Assembly: GCA_041560205.1 (NCBI GenBank)
Contig: JBFFBV010000008.1
Coordinates: 1,467 to 65,466, forward strand
Reading direction: 5' to 3'
From: Candidatus Sulfomarinibacter sp.
GTDB lineage: Bacteria; Acidobacteriota; Thermoanaerobaculia; Thermoanaerobaculales; Sulfomarinibacteraceae
DNA: 64,000 nt
Of the stretch, positions 18,437-27,917 are shown piece by piece. A program made the translations under genes and the position numbers. Position 1 is the first letter of the stretch; each line of letters begins with the position of its first letter. Below the pieces are notes generated by a model, which saw only the letters and a program-made list of their open reading frames with translations, was not told the DNA's origin and did not search any database.

Positions 18437-19605
18437 GCAGTACCTTCCGGCGATTGCCCGGCGAGGACCGCCGCGGCGCGGAGAGCGGCCGGTGCCAGTG
18501 ACCCGCGGTGGCACCTGGAAATCTCTGGGAGGACGTCCAGTAGTGGCTGCGCGACGGTCGACCATCGCCATTCCTCACGGCTGTCCGCCAAGGCGGTGCG
18601 GCAGCGCCCTTGTGAGCGTTCACTCAAGAGGAGGTCGAGGGCGGCCGCCGTCAGCTTGGCATCGCCGGTCGGCACCACGGCTCCCCACCCCTGAGCGTTG
18701 GCAATGCGAGCGGCGGCACCACCTTCGCTGAGAAGCAAAGGCACCCCAGCCCAGACTCCGTCCAGAGCTCGAGTGCGGAAGCTGAGCTCGGATTCCGGGC
18801 CGGTCCGGTGAAGCACCGCCAGGATCGAGCTGCGGTTGAGGACCCGGTCACGCGTGGCGTAGGGGACCCATCGCTCGAGCGGTACGACAGCCGGTTTCTC
18901 GAGGCCGTGCCGCGCGGCAGCAGCTTCGAGCTCGCGTGATGTGAAATGAGCGCCGCCTCCCGGACGATCGGCTGTCGGTACGACGACGCTGACTCGCGCC
19001 GAGCCGAGGCGCGCCCTGGCCGCGAGCAGGGTCTCGAGATCGAGCCACGGCCAGACACCGCCCCACCACAGCACCACTGACCATCCGGCGGGAACGCCAT
19101 CGATCGGGTCGGTATCGGAGGACGGATCGGTCTCCGAGATGCCGAAAGGGACGGGAATCAGGGGCACGTCAGAGCGATGCGACACGCGGGAGGACCACCA
19201 TGCCATCTGCTCGTCGCCGGCGACGAGGACCGCATCGGCTCGCGCCGCCACCAACGGGAGGCGCGCACCGGCGGTGCGGCGTCGACGAGCGATCACTCGA
19301 GTCTGAGGGCTTGCGGCGAGCTCGGCGAGCAGGGGTGTGACGCCGTCGATGACCAGAAGGTGATCACCGACAAAAGCCCGGGTGGGCAGACACCAAGGAG
19401 GGGCCAGCAAGGCATCCGCCCAGCGCCACGGTGGTCTGTCGACCACCGGTGGTCCATGCCCTTCCGGGTGGGAGGACCCGGCGCCGCCGGAGATGACGAC
19501 GTCGTGTCCGTCGTTGAGCAGAGCCCGCGCCAGCTCCCACGCGCGCAGCGCCGAACCGGCCATGACCGGTCCGACGAGGTCGTCGGTGAGAACGAGGACC
19601 CTCAT
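18433..19605 (-). CDS. GT-B fold glycosyltransferase (GT4/GT1-like)
   Basis: Start ATG 19605 forms an ATGA overlap. MRVLVLTDDLVGPVMAGSALRAWELARALLNDGHDVVI is a typical GT-B N-terminus. Confidence 0.7.
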   Translation of the reverse strand: MRVLVLTDDLVGPVMAGSALRAWELARALLNDGHDVVISGGAGSSHPEGHGPPVVDRPPWRWADALLAPPWCLPTRAFVGDHLLVIDGVTPLLAELAASPQTRVIARRRRTAGARLPLVAARADAVLVAGDEQMAWWSSRVSHRSDVPLIPVPFGISETDPSSDTDPIDGVPAGWSVVLWWGGVWPWLDLETLLAARARLGSARVSVVVPTADRPGGGAHFTSRELEAAAARHGLEKPAVVPLERWVPYATRDRVLNRSSILAVLHRTGPESELSFRTRALDGVWAGVPLLLSEGGAAARIANAQGWGAVVPTGDAKLTAAALDLLLSERSQGRCRTALADSREEWRWSTVAQPLLDVLPEISRCHRGSLAPAALRAAAVLAGQSPEGTA

Positions 19606-20522
19606 GTCCCGAAGTCCGGAAGCGATTGAAGGCGCGGACCCGGGGTCCGTCTCAGCCAAGCTCGAGCGACCAACAGCGGCGCGGCGGCGGCAACCGCCGT
19701 TGCGACCGGGAGCGATCTCGGATTCGTTCGCATCAGTGTGCGAACCGCCCTGAGTTCACCGCGCAGCAACGTCGGCACCGCCCCGAGCAGCGCGGCCGCG
19801 CTGAGATGGCCGGCGAGCGCTCGCCAACGATTGGCGAGGATCCACCACGGGTGGCGCCATTTCAGCAAGGACCCGCTGGCGGAGCCGAGATGCCGACAGC
19901 GGGCGCCGCCGACCCACTTTGCCCGCCATCCGAGACGGCAGAGCCGGAGCCCGAGGTCGAGATCCTCGTGGTAGCTGCCGAACCGCGGATCGAAGATCTG
20001 GAAGCCCGCCATGGCCCCTTGCCTCAAAGCCTCCATCCGATACAGCCCGGCGGTGCCGGAAACGGCGAGCACCGAGCGTTCTCCGGCGTCATCTTCGACC
20101 GCGCGGCCGCGGTCGATCTGAACCGGCAGGCCGGCACGATCGAAAAGGATGCCCCGTCCGTCGACGGCCGTGCCGGAGGCATCCGTAACGGTCCCCTGGA
20201 CAGACGCGAGATTGGGTTCTCGATCGAGGGCGTCCGCGAGAACGCCGAGCCAGCCCGATTCGGGTGTGGCATCGTCGTTCAAGACGGCCACGGCATCGAG
20301 TTCACCGGGAAGAGAAGCAAAGCCGGCGTTGACCGCCGCCGCAAACCCCAAGCGGCTGTGAAATCGCTGGACACTGAAATTCCTGGGTACAGATGGCGCG
20401 TCGGAAGCTCCCGAGAGCACGAGGGCCGCCTGGTCGGGCCCCGGGTCGAGGGCGGTGACCGCCTCGATACAGTGCTCGAGGTGAGGCGCGCCGACAGATG
20501 GGATGACGAGGCCTGTACGCAT
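19602..20522 (-). CDS. Glycosyltransferase family 2
   Basis: GLVIPSVGAPHLEHCIEAV, VLNDDATPESGW, FGSYHEDLDLGLRLCRLGWR. Confidence 0.8.
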   Translation of the reverse strand: MRTGLVIPSVGAPHLEHCIEAVTALDPGPDQAALVLSGASDAPSVPRNFSVQRFHSRLGFAAAVNAGFASLPGELDAVAVLNDDATPESGWLGVLADALDREPNLASVQGTVTDASGTAVDGRGILFDRAGLPVQIDRGRAVEDDAGERSVLAVSGTAGLYRMEALRQGAMAGFQIFDPRFGSYHEDLDLGLRLCRLGWRAKWVGGARCRHLGSASGSLLKWRHPWWILANRWRALAGHLSAAALLGAVPTLLRGELRAVRTLMRTNPRSLPVATAVAAAAPLLVARAWLRRTPGPRLQSLPDFGT

Positions 20523-20656
20523 CTGCTTCAGTATAGAGAGGAAATAGGTGCGGGGCTGGGAATGGCGAGGAGCGTTCTGTCGACCGGATCGCCAGTTGCC
20601 CTCCGACCATTCGCCGCCGACGGAGCGGCATTGGCGATCAACGTTACAATGACGGC

Positions 20657-21772
20657 ATGGCGTTGCGACTGGCCCTGGACGCGCGGAAGCTGACCGACTT
20701 CGGGATCGGCACCTATCTTCGCGCGTTGCTGCGTGGTCTCGACACTCGTCCGGACGTCGAACTCACGGTGCTGACGAGATCCGGGTACGAGGAACGGGTC
20801 GCGTCGCTCGCCCCGCGTGCTCGGGTGATCACGACCTCGGCCCGTGGTTACACTGTTGCCGAGCACGCCCAGCTCCCCGCCGCCCTATGGAGGGAGAAGG
20901 TGGACCTCGTCCACTTTCCCCATTATGTGGCGCCTCACCTGGTGACGCGCCCGATGGTGGTCACGGTCCACGATCTCATCCAGCTGTTCTATCCACCGCG
21001 TGACCGGCCCCATCTCGCACGAATCTACGTCCGCCTGATGATCGGTTCTGCGCTGCGGCGGGCGCGTCGGGTGATCACGGTGTCGCGCGCTTCACGGCGC
21101 GACCTGATCAATCTCTTCGCTGCCGACCCCCAGCGACTGATGGTGGTGGCGAACGGCGTCGACCCGAAGCTCGCGCAGCGTCCGCCCAAGGAAGAGCTCG
21201 AAAAGCTCAAGGCCCACTATGGGTTACGGTCACCGCTCATCCTGGTGGTCGCCAACGACAAGCCACACAAAAATCTCGACATGGTGTTGCGCGCCTACCA
21301 CCTCGCGGTGCGGCATCACCGTTTTCCCGGCCAGTTGGTATTTCTCGGCGGCGCCGATGCGGAGAGCCGGCTGGCCGTGCGGGCCGAGCGTCTCGGCCTC
21401 GGCGAGCGCATCCGTTTTCTCGGACGCGTGCCGCGCGCCCACCTCTACGCGTTGTACCATGTGTCCGCGGTGTTGCTCCACGTTTCGCTTTATGAGGGCT
21501 TCGGTCTGCCAGTGCTCGAGGCGATGTGTGCCGGCTTGCCGGTCATCACGTCCAACCTCGGCGCCATGCGCGAACTGGGCGATGGATCCGCACGCCTGGT
21601 CAATCCGCTCGAGGTGGATGAGGTCGCCGAGGCGCTCGAGCGGGTGCTTGTCGACGACCCGTTGCGCAGGCGGATGATCGACTCAGGGCGGAAGCGGGCC
21701 GAGAACCTGAGCTGGGAGCGCATGGTGGAAGAGACGGTGGCCGTTTACCGAATGGCTCTCGGGGAGGCTTGA
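20657..21772 (+). CDS. Glycosyltransferase family 4
   Basis: LLHVSLYEGFGLPVLEAMCAGLPVITSN (E-x7-E region). Divergent from 19602..20522. Confidence 0.85.
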   Translation: MALRLALDARKLTDFGIGTYLRALLRGLDTRPDVELTVLTRSGYEERVASLAPRARVITTSARGYTVAEHAQLPAALWREKVDLVHFPHYVAPHLVTRPMVVTVHDLIQLFYPPRDRPHLARIYVRLMIGSALRRARRVITVSRASRRDLINLFAADPQRLMVVANGVDPKLAQRPPKEELEKLKAHYGLRSPLILVVANDKPHKNLDMVLRAYHLAVRHHRFPGQLVFLGGADAESRLAVRAERLGLGERIRFLGRVPRAHLYALYHVSAVLLHVSLYEGFGLPVLEAMCAGLPVITSNLGAMRELGDGSARLVNPLEVDEVAEALERVLVDDPLRRRMIDSGRKRAENLSWERMVEETVAVYRMALGEA

Positions 21773-22867
21773 GTGCGGGTTGCCCTGGTGCACGATTGGA
21801 TGACCGGTATGCGTGGGGGCGAGTGGGTCCTCTACGACATCGCCCGTCTCTTTCCATCTGCGCCGATTTACACGCTGGTCCACCGTGCCGGGAGCGTGGC
21901 GCCGCTGCTTGAGGAACACCCGATCAATACTTCGTGGCTCCAGACCCCTTCGTTCGGCGGTCGACGGTGGCGATACCTCTTGCCACTGATGCCGGCCGCC
22001 GTAGAGTCCTTCGTGTTCAGAGACTTCGATCTGGTGATCTCGACCTCTCACGCGGTCGCCAAGGGTGTGATTCCTCCTCCCGGGGCCTTCCACCTGAGCT
22101 ATGTCCACACTCCGATGCGCTATGTCTGGGACCAGAGGAACCAATATCTGGATCCGATCCCGAAGCTTCTGCGACCGATCGTCGAGATGCGCTTCGCCCG
22201 CCTTCGGCAGTGGGACATGGTGTCCTCGGCGCGTGTCGACCGCCTCGTCGCCAACTCGCGTCTGGTGGCGTGGAGGATCAAGCACTACTGGAACCGGACC
22301 GCGGAGGTCATCCCTCCACCGGTCGCCACCGAGTACTTCACGCCGGGTGGTGAACGCGGAGACAATCTCTTGACGGTGGCCGCCCTCGTTCCGTACAAGA
22401 GGGTGGAGGATGCGATTGCGGTTGCCCGAAAGCTCGGTCGAAGACTCGAGATCGTCGGCACCGGCCCGAGGATGCGGGCTCTCCGGCGTCTCGGGGGCTC
22501 CGATGTGCGATTCCTTGGCTGGCTGGATCGGGAGCAGCTGCGCGAGGCCTACCGCCGCGCAGCGGCCCTGCTCGTTCCCAACGTCGAGGATTTCGGCATG
22601 GTCTCGGTGGAGGCTCTGGCCTGCGGGACGCCGGTCGTCGGTCTCGCACACTCCGGCACTGCGGACGTCATCCGTGCCGGTGTGGAGGGCGAGCTGGCCG
22701 GGGAGTCATCTGTCGATGCCCTTGTGGATGCGGCGGAGCGTGTTCTCGGCCGGACATGGGACCCTCGACAGCTTCGTGGTCGCGCAGACATCTTTTCGCG
22801 CGAGCGGTTTCGCACCCGCTTCGGATTCCTGCTCGATCGTCTCGGTTTCGGAGAGGCTCGGGAGTGA
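21773..22867 (+). CDS. Glycosyltransferase family 4
   Basis: GTG start immediately after stop codon 21770-21772. MRVALVHDWMTGMRGGEWVL; LLVPNVEDFGMVSVEALACGTPVV. Confidence 0.85.
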   Translation: MRVALVHDWMTGMRGGEWVLYDIARLFPSAPIYTLVHRAGSVAPLLEEHPINTSWLQTPSFGGRRWRYLLPLMPAAVESFVFRDFDLVISTSHAVAKGVIPPPGAFHLSYVHTPMRYVWDQRNQYLDPIPKLLRPIVEMRFARLRQWDMVSSARVDRLVANSRLVAWRIKHYWNRTAEVIPPPVATEYFTPGGERGDNLLTVAALVPYKRVEDAIAVARKLGRRLEIVGTGPRMRALRRLGGSDVRFLGWLDREQLREAYRRAAALLVPNVEDFGMVSVEALACGTPVVGLAHSGTADVIRAGVEGELAGESSVDALVDAAERVLGRTWDPRQLRGRADIFSRERFRTRFGFLLDRLGFGEARE

Positions 22868-24270
22868 TTGAACGACGGCGGCAGTTTCAGCTCCTGCTGC
22901 AGCTGATCGGCGACATCCTCGCGACTGCTGCAGCGGTCATCGTTGCCTACTGGCTGCGATTCGAGGTGCAGATCCAGCCGGTGACCAAGGGCGTGCCGCC
23001 GGCTCACATGTACCTGCAACTGGTACCGGTCGTGGTCGTCTTGTACCCGATCGTTTTCTATTTCCAGGGCCTGTATCAGAGGCGCCGGATTCGCTCGCGC
23101 TTCGACGAGTCGATGCGTGTTCTGGTAGCGGTGATGCTGGCGACCGTGCTCCTGACTGCGGGATTGACCTTCTATCGGCCGCCCGATTTCACGTACTCGC
23201 GGCTCTTCCTGGCCGTGTTCGCCGCGGTCGATGCGGTGCTCGTAGGTCTCACACGATGGTTGATCGGCGTGTCCCTGGCGCGCATCAGGCGGTCCGGCGG
23301 CAACCTCCAGAGGGTGTTGGTTGTCGGCGCAGGAGAGCTCGGGCGGACGGTCGTGGAGCGATTGAACCTTCACAAGGAGTACGGATTCTCGATCGTCGGC
23401 TTTCTCGACGACGACCCGGGCCGCCAGCAACGCCGCATCCAAGGCGTGCCCGTCCTCGGCACCACCCGCGACCTCGAACGTGTGATCGGGGAGGAAAAGG
23501 TCGACCAGGTCATGATCGCCCTGCCCCTCGAAGCCCATTACCGTACGGTGAAGCTCGTGCGACGTGCCGGGCAGCTCTTGGTGGACATCAAGGTGGTTCC
23601 TGATGTCCTCCAGTATTACGTCATGCGAGCTGGCATCGAGGACCTCGACGGCCTTCCGCTGATCAATCTGACCCAGATCCCGCTTCAAGGCTGGAACCAG
23701 ATCGTCAAACGGGCATTCGACATCTTTGGATCGGCCCTGTTGCTGGTGGCGACATCGTTGCTCTTCCCGATCGTCGCCTGGCTCATCAAGCGTGAGGATG
23801 GCGGCCCGGTGTTTTTCTCCCAGGTGCGGACAGGTCTCGACGGTCGTTCTTTCAGGCTATTCAAGTTTCGGTCGATGAGGATCGACGCCGAGGGGAATGG
23901 CGAGGCCCGCTGGACCCGAAGCCGGGACGCGCGCGTCACGCGGATCGGAGATTTCCTCCGCCGGACAAACCTCGACGAGCTCCCGCAGCTCTTCAACGTC
24001 CTGCGCGGAGACATGTCCCTCGTTGGTCCCCGGCCCGAGCAACCGAAGTTCGTCGAGCGATTCCGGAACCGGTATCCCACCTACAACTCCCGCCACAGGG
24101 TGCGCTCGGGGCTCACGGGCTGGGCTCAGGTCAACGGGCTGCGCGGTGACACCTCGATTCGGCAGCGGGTCGCGCACGACCTCTACTACATCGAGAACTG
24201 GAGCTTTGGGCTGGACATCAAGATCCTCTGGCGCACCTTTCGGATCGCATTGCACGAGGCGAGAGCTTAG
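22864..24270 (+). CDS. Polyprenyl-phosphate glycosylphosphotransferase (WbaP-like, second initiating transferase)
   Basis: GTG 22864 forms a GTGA overlap. N-terminal TMs, Rossmann-like VLVVGAGELGRTVV, C-terminal FRLFKFRSMRIDAE, RDARVTRIGDFLRRTNLDELPQLFNVLRGDMSLVGPRPE. Confidence 0.9.
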   Translation: MIERRRQFQLLLQLIGDILATAAAVIVAYWLRFEVQIQPVTKGVPPAHMYLQLVPVVVVLYPIVFYFQGLYQRRRIRSRFDESMRVLVAVMLATVLLTAGLTFYRPPDFTYSRLFLAVFAAVDAVLVGLTRWLIGVSLARIRRSGGNLQRVLVVGAGELGRTVVERLNLHKEYGFSIVGFLDDDPGRQQRRIQGVPVLGTTRDLERVIGEEKVDQVMIALPLEAHYRTVKLVRRAGQLLVDIKVVPDVLQYYVMRAGIEDLDGLPLINLTQIPLQGWNQIVKRAFDIFGSALLLVATSLLFPIVAWLIKREDGGPVFFSQVRTGLDGRSFRLFKFRSMRIDAEGNGEARWTRSRDARVTRIGDFLRRTNLDELPQLFNVLRGDMSLVGPRPEQPKFVERFRNRYPTYNSRHRVRSGLTGWAQVNGLRGDTSIRQRVAHDLYYIENWSFGLDIKILWRTFRIALHEARA

Positions 24271-24454
24271 TTTCTCTTCGGAATCGGTATCGGGCTTGGC
24301 GGTGGCGACTCGAAACCGTATCGAGATACCGGAAAAGTGCCGCGCCCAGTGGAATTGGACGCGAACACTGCCCATCAAGACGCGGCTGGCGCCAAGGTAA
24401 TTTTCATCCGATTCTGGTGAGCCCTGCTGGCTGCGGGGATTTTGAAATCGCCCA

Positions 24455-24542
24455 GGCGCAAAGCCGCCCACCGTCCCGCCCGCGCGAAGAATTCGCAAAG
24501 GGCCACTTTTGGTTCTTCTTTGCGTGCTTGGCGTCTTTGCGG
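24455..24542. repeat. Octamer-array element (NCGCAAAG units 24455-24463 and 24493-24500, facing CTTTGCGT/GCTTGGCGT/CTTTGCGG at 24518-24542)
   Basis: Read directly from the sequence. A related copy lies at 45899..45998. Confidence 0.6.
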
Positions 24543-24601
24543 GTTGAACGCGGTCGAAGCCGGACTGCTGTTTGAGGAACGGAATCGGGAGTGCGATCAG
24601 A

Positions 24602-25897
24602 TCAAGCTCGATACTCTGCGGCGCCTTCGACGGGCAAACCGGCCGCTTCGCGCAAAACCTGGGCAGTCGCCTCCGCGGCCCGATCCCAGGAGAATTTTCC
24701 AGCCCTTTCGCGGCCCAGGGCCACCAGACGATCCCGGTGCTGGGGATCGCGGAGGAGTGCCGCGGTCGCGGAGGCGATGCTGTGCGGGCTCTCGGGATCG
24801 ACGTAGATCGCTGCCGGGCCGGCGATCTCGGGCATCGAGGTCGTGCCGGAGGTCACGACCGGCGTCCCGCAGGCCATGCTTTCCAGGAGTGGAAGCCCGA
24901 AGCCTTCGAGCCACGACGGGAAAAGAGTCGCATCCGCGTTGCCGTACAAGGCCGCGAGCCGGGGGCGGTCCACGTAATCGAGGTGTCGGATACGCCCACG
25001 GACCGGCGAGCCTTCGAGCTCGTCGCGAATGGCGTCGGTCCTCCAACCCCAGCGGCCGACGAGGACCAGCTCGCCCTGATAACCCCATTCGACCAACAGC
25101 CGAAAGGCGCGCAAAACCCCGATCACGTTTTTCCTCGGCTCGAGGGTCGAGACGAAGAGCAGATACGGCTGCGAGATTCCGGGTGGCGGATCTGCCTCGG
25201 CGCCGTCCGCAAACCCCGGGTCGACACCCTCGTGGACGGTCCGGATCGATCGGGGGTTGATCTCGAGACGATCGACCAGATCACCGGCGGTCGCATCGGA
25301 GACCGCGATCAGGAGATCCGCGTGATAGAGCGTCCCCGGGAGATGCCTCTTCAGCCCGGCCAGGGTCATAGGTGAGACGGTGTCCGGCATGGAGGCAAAG
25401 GCGAGATCGTGGACCGTCGCCACCTGAGCCCGGCCGAATGGCTCCTGGTCGCCGTGGAGGAAGAAGTTCGGAGCGAAGAGCACGTGGTTACCGTCCAGTA
25501 TCCGCAAGATCGGCTCGACGACGTGGCGCAGCAGCGCGAGAGTGGGTCGAAGCGGCAACAAGAATCCACCGGGGATCTGATGAACCCGCAGACGCATCTT
25601 CCGCGATCCCGGCATCTTTGGGGGCGGCGTGTCGTCCGGCGCCAGGAATGTGCGGGCATAGAGGTTGTAGGTGATCCCGTCGTTTCTGCGGTCGAGAGCG
25701 GCCAACAGATTCCACTCGTACCAACCGACGCCGGTCATTCGCTCGTAAAACGGATAGACGTCGACACCGACGGCGATCTCCGATCGATTGTGCACGACTC
25801 GGGAGTGAAATCGCCGCCAGCGGGCTCGCAGGGTTCCCGCCCCGTCGCGGGCGATGGCGGAGAAGAAACCGGCTGTGGCCGTGAGGCGGCGGATCAT
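24602..25897 (-). CDS. Glycosyltransferase family 4
   Basis: Start ATG 25897 (MIRRLTATAG...). TLFPSWLEGFGLPLLESMACGTPVVTS. The longer track ORF to 26122 runs through the GGGCAC repeat (PVPVPV) and is unlikely to be coding. Confidence 0.85.
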   Translation of the reverse strand: MIRRLTATAGFFSAIARDGAGTLRARWRRFHSRVVHNRSEIAVGVDVYPFYERMTGVGWYEWNLLAALDRRNDGITYNLYARTFLAPDDTPPPKMPGSRKMRLRVHQIPGGFLLPLRPTLALLRHVVEPILRILDGNHVLFAPNFFLHGDQEPFGRAQVATVHDLAFASMPDTVSPMTLAGLKRHLPGTLYHADLLIAVSDATAGDLVDRLEINPRSIRTVHEGVDPGFADGAEADPPPGISQPYLLFVSTLEPRKNVIGVLRAFRLLVEWGYQGELVLVGRWGWRTDAIRDELEGSPVRGRIRHLDYVDRPRLAALYGNADATLFPSWLEGFGLPLLESMACGTPVVTSGTTSMPEIAGPAAIYVDPESPHSIASATAALLRDPQHRDRLVALGRERAGKFSWDRAAEATAQVLREAAGLPVEGAAEYRA

Positions 25898-25939
25898 GAG
25901 GGACGATTTTACCGCAGCTTGGGATTCGGAAACGAAAAC

Positions 25940-25967
25940 GGGCACGGGCACGGGCACGGGACCGGGG
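25940..25967 (+). repeat. Tandem hexamer (GGGCAC)x3-4 / canonical G-quadruplex motif
   Basis: GGGcacGGGcacGGGcacGGGaccGGGG sits in the 83-nt divergent region between GT genes starting at 25897 (-) and 25981 (+). Confidence 0.7.
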
Positions 25968-25980
25968 TAGGATGGGCGCG

Positions 25981-27099
25981 ATGAAGGTCGGGGTGATTGC
26001 AGCCGAGATCGAGGGCCGTGCAACCGGTGTCGGTCGGTACCTGAGCGGTCTGCTTCAGGGTCTCGAGTCCTGGGACCACGGAGTCGAGTGGCATTTCTTC
26101 TTTCAGGGAGATCCTCCTTCATCGTCTCGCCTTCCGGATGGGCCGTACCACGCGCACCACTCGCACCACCGAGGCAGCAGAGTCTGGTGGGAGCAGGTGC
26201 TCGTCGCGCGTAGACTGGCCGAAGTCGATCTGGACGTCGTCTTCGGACCCGCCTACACCTTGCCCTTCGCTTTGACGGCGCCGGGTGTGGTGACCATCCA
26301 CGATCTCAGCTTCGAGGTCCTGCCGGAGGAGTTCGGTCCACGTGAGCGATGGCGCCGACGACTCCTCGCGCGGCGGGCGGCACGGATCGCCCGGCGTGTG
26401 ATCACCGACACGGAGCACATGTCTTCCCTTGTCGGGGCGCGTTACGGCATTGCCGGCGATCGGCTCGCTGTCGTACCCCTGGCAGTTGACGGTGGCACAT
26501 TCACCCCGGCCTCTCGGCACGAGGACGCAGGCATCCTGAACGATCTGGGAGTCGGGTCACCTTACGTTCTGTTACCCGGAACAGTTCTCGAACGACGGCA
26601 TCCACGCTGCGTTTTGGAGGCATTCGCCCTCGTGCACGCTGATCACCCGGACCTCCAGCTGGTGGTTGCGGGCGCGAATCGTATGCGACGATCAGAGGAT
26701 CTCGCCGCGTGGATCGATGACCTCGGGTTGAGGGGAGCGGTGCAGCTGCTCGGATGGGTTGAGGATGCGGCGCTCGCGCCGCTGTACCGCGGGGCGGAGC
26801 TCGGCATCTACGTGTCCCGCCACGAAGGTTTCGGCCTGCCGCCGCTCGAGTGCCTGGCGTGTGGCACACCGGTCATCGTCGAACGCGGCCTCGGCCTGGA
26901 CGACGTCTGGCCGGACTACCCATTCAGGCTTCGCGCTGTGGATTCAGAGAGCATCGCAGCGGCCATCGAGGGGGTCCTCGAAGACCGCTCGGGAACCTAT
27001 CGGGCCATGGCCGAGGCACCTGCGGCGATCGCGGGCCTCGACTGGGAGCAGAGCTCGCGTCGACTCGTGGCGGAGCTCGAACGGGCGGTGCAGGCGTGA
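25981..27099 (+). CDS. Glycosyltransferase family 4
   Basis: MKVGVIAAEIEGRATGVGRYL; YVSRHEGFGLPPLECLACGTPVIV. An alternative ATG exists at 25972. Confidence 0.85.
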   Translation: MKVGVIAAEIEGRATGVGRYLSGLLQGLESWDHGVEWHFFFQGDPPSSSRLPDGPYHAHHSHHRGSRVWWEQVLVARRLAEVDLDVVFGPAYTLPFALTAPGVVTIHDLSFEVLPEEFGPRERWRRRLLARRAARIARRVITDTEHMSSLVGARYGIAGDRLAVVPLAVDGGTFTPASRHEDAGILNDLGVGSPYVLLPGTVLERRHPRCVLEAFALVHADHPDLQLVVAGANRMRRSEDLAAWIDDLGLRGAVQLLGWVEDAALAPLYRGAELGIYVSRHEGFGLPPLECLACGTPVIVERGLGLDDVWPDYPFRLRAVDSESIAAAIEGVLEDRSGTYRAMAEAPAAIAGLDWEQSSRRLVAELERAVQA

Positions 27100-27917
27100 T
27101 CACAGCGATCATCGTCAATCGCGACGGAGAGGCGACGCTCGGCCGCTGCCTGGAAAGCCTCGACGGTCCGGGGATCGAGGTGGTCCTCGTCGACAACGCA
27201 TCGGAGGACGGCTCCCTGTCGTTAATCCGGGAGCGATTTCCGAAGGTCACTGTCCTCCCCCAAAAAAGCAACCTCGGCTTCGCCGCCGCCAACAATTTGG
27301 CGGCGGAAAAAGCGAGTGGGGAAGCGCTGCTGCTCCTCAATAACGACGCCTGGCTCGAGACCGGCGCTCTCGAGCTTCTCGCAAATCGTCTCCGCGGCCG
27401 CTCCGATGTTGGATTGGCGGCGCCGCGTCTGGAGTACCCGGACGGCGGGCCTCAGTTCGCGTGGTCGCCCGTGCGAGGTGTTTTCGGTGAGGTGATACAG
27501 ATCCTGCGAAACCCCTTCGAGTCGCACCCTTGGGCTCACGGGACACTGATGCGGGCGACGGCCCGACTGTTGGGTCCACTGTGGTACACGGCAGCCTGTG
27601 TTCTCGTTCGGAGCGAAGCCTGGCGTTCGGTCGGAGGCTTCGACGAGCGATTTTTCATGTATTTCGAAGACGTGGACCTGTGCATACGCCTCGGCAACGC
27701 CGGCTGGCGTTTGGAGCAGGAGCGGGAGGCCGTGGTTCGGCACGCGGGTGCGGCCAACCGGGCGGGGTGGGTCGACGACCTCTATCGACCGTCGCAGCTG
27801 CGCTACTATCGGATCCATCGGCCGACGTGGGAAGCGCGGCTCATCGAAGGCCGGATGCGTCGGCGATTCGGAGACACTGCGGTGGATCGTTGGCTTGCGC
27901 GTGAAGGAGTGCGATGA
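27096..27917 (+). CDS. Glycosyltransferase family 2
   Basis: GTG 27096 forms a GTGA overlap. ITAIIVNRDGEATLGRCLESL..VVLVDNASEDGS, LLLNNDAWLE, FFMYFEDVDLCIRLGNAGWR. Confidence 0.85.
   Translation: MITAIIVNRDGEATLGRCLESLDGPGIEVVLVDNASEDGSLSLIRERFPKVTVLPQKSNLGFAAANNLAAEKASGEALLLLNNDAWLETGALELLANRLRGRSDVGLAAPRLEYPDGGPQFAWSPVRGVFGEVIQILRNPFESHPWAHGTLMRATARLLGPLWYTAACVLVRSEAWRSVGGFDERFFMYFEDVDLCIRLGNAGWRLEQEREAVVRHAGAANRAGWVDDLYRPSQLRYYRIHRPTWEARLIEGRMRRRFGDTAVDRWLAREGVR

Noticed and set aside
25898-26122. N-terminal extension of GT4 24602..26122, containing PVPVPVPV
   Set aside because: The PV repeat is simply the translation of the GGGCAC hexamer array. The extension overlaps the divergent GT gene, and the GT-B fold starts near ATG 25897.
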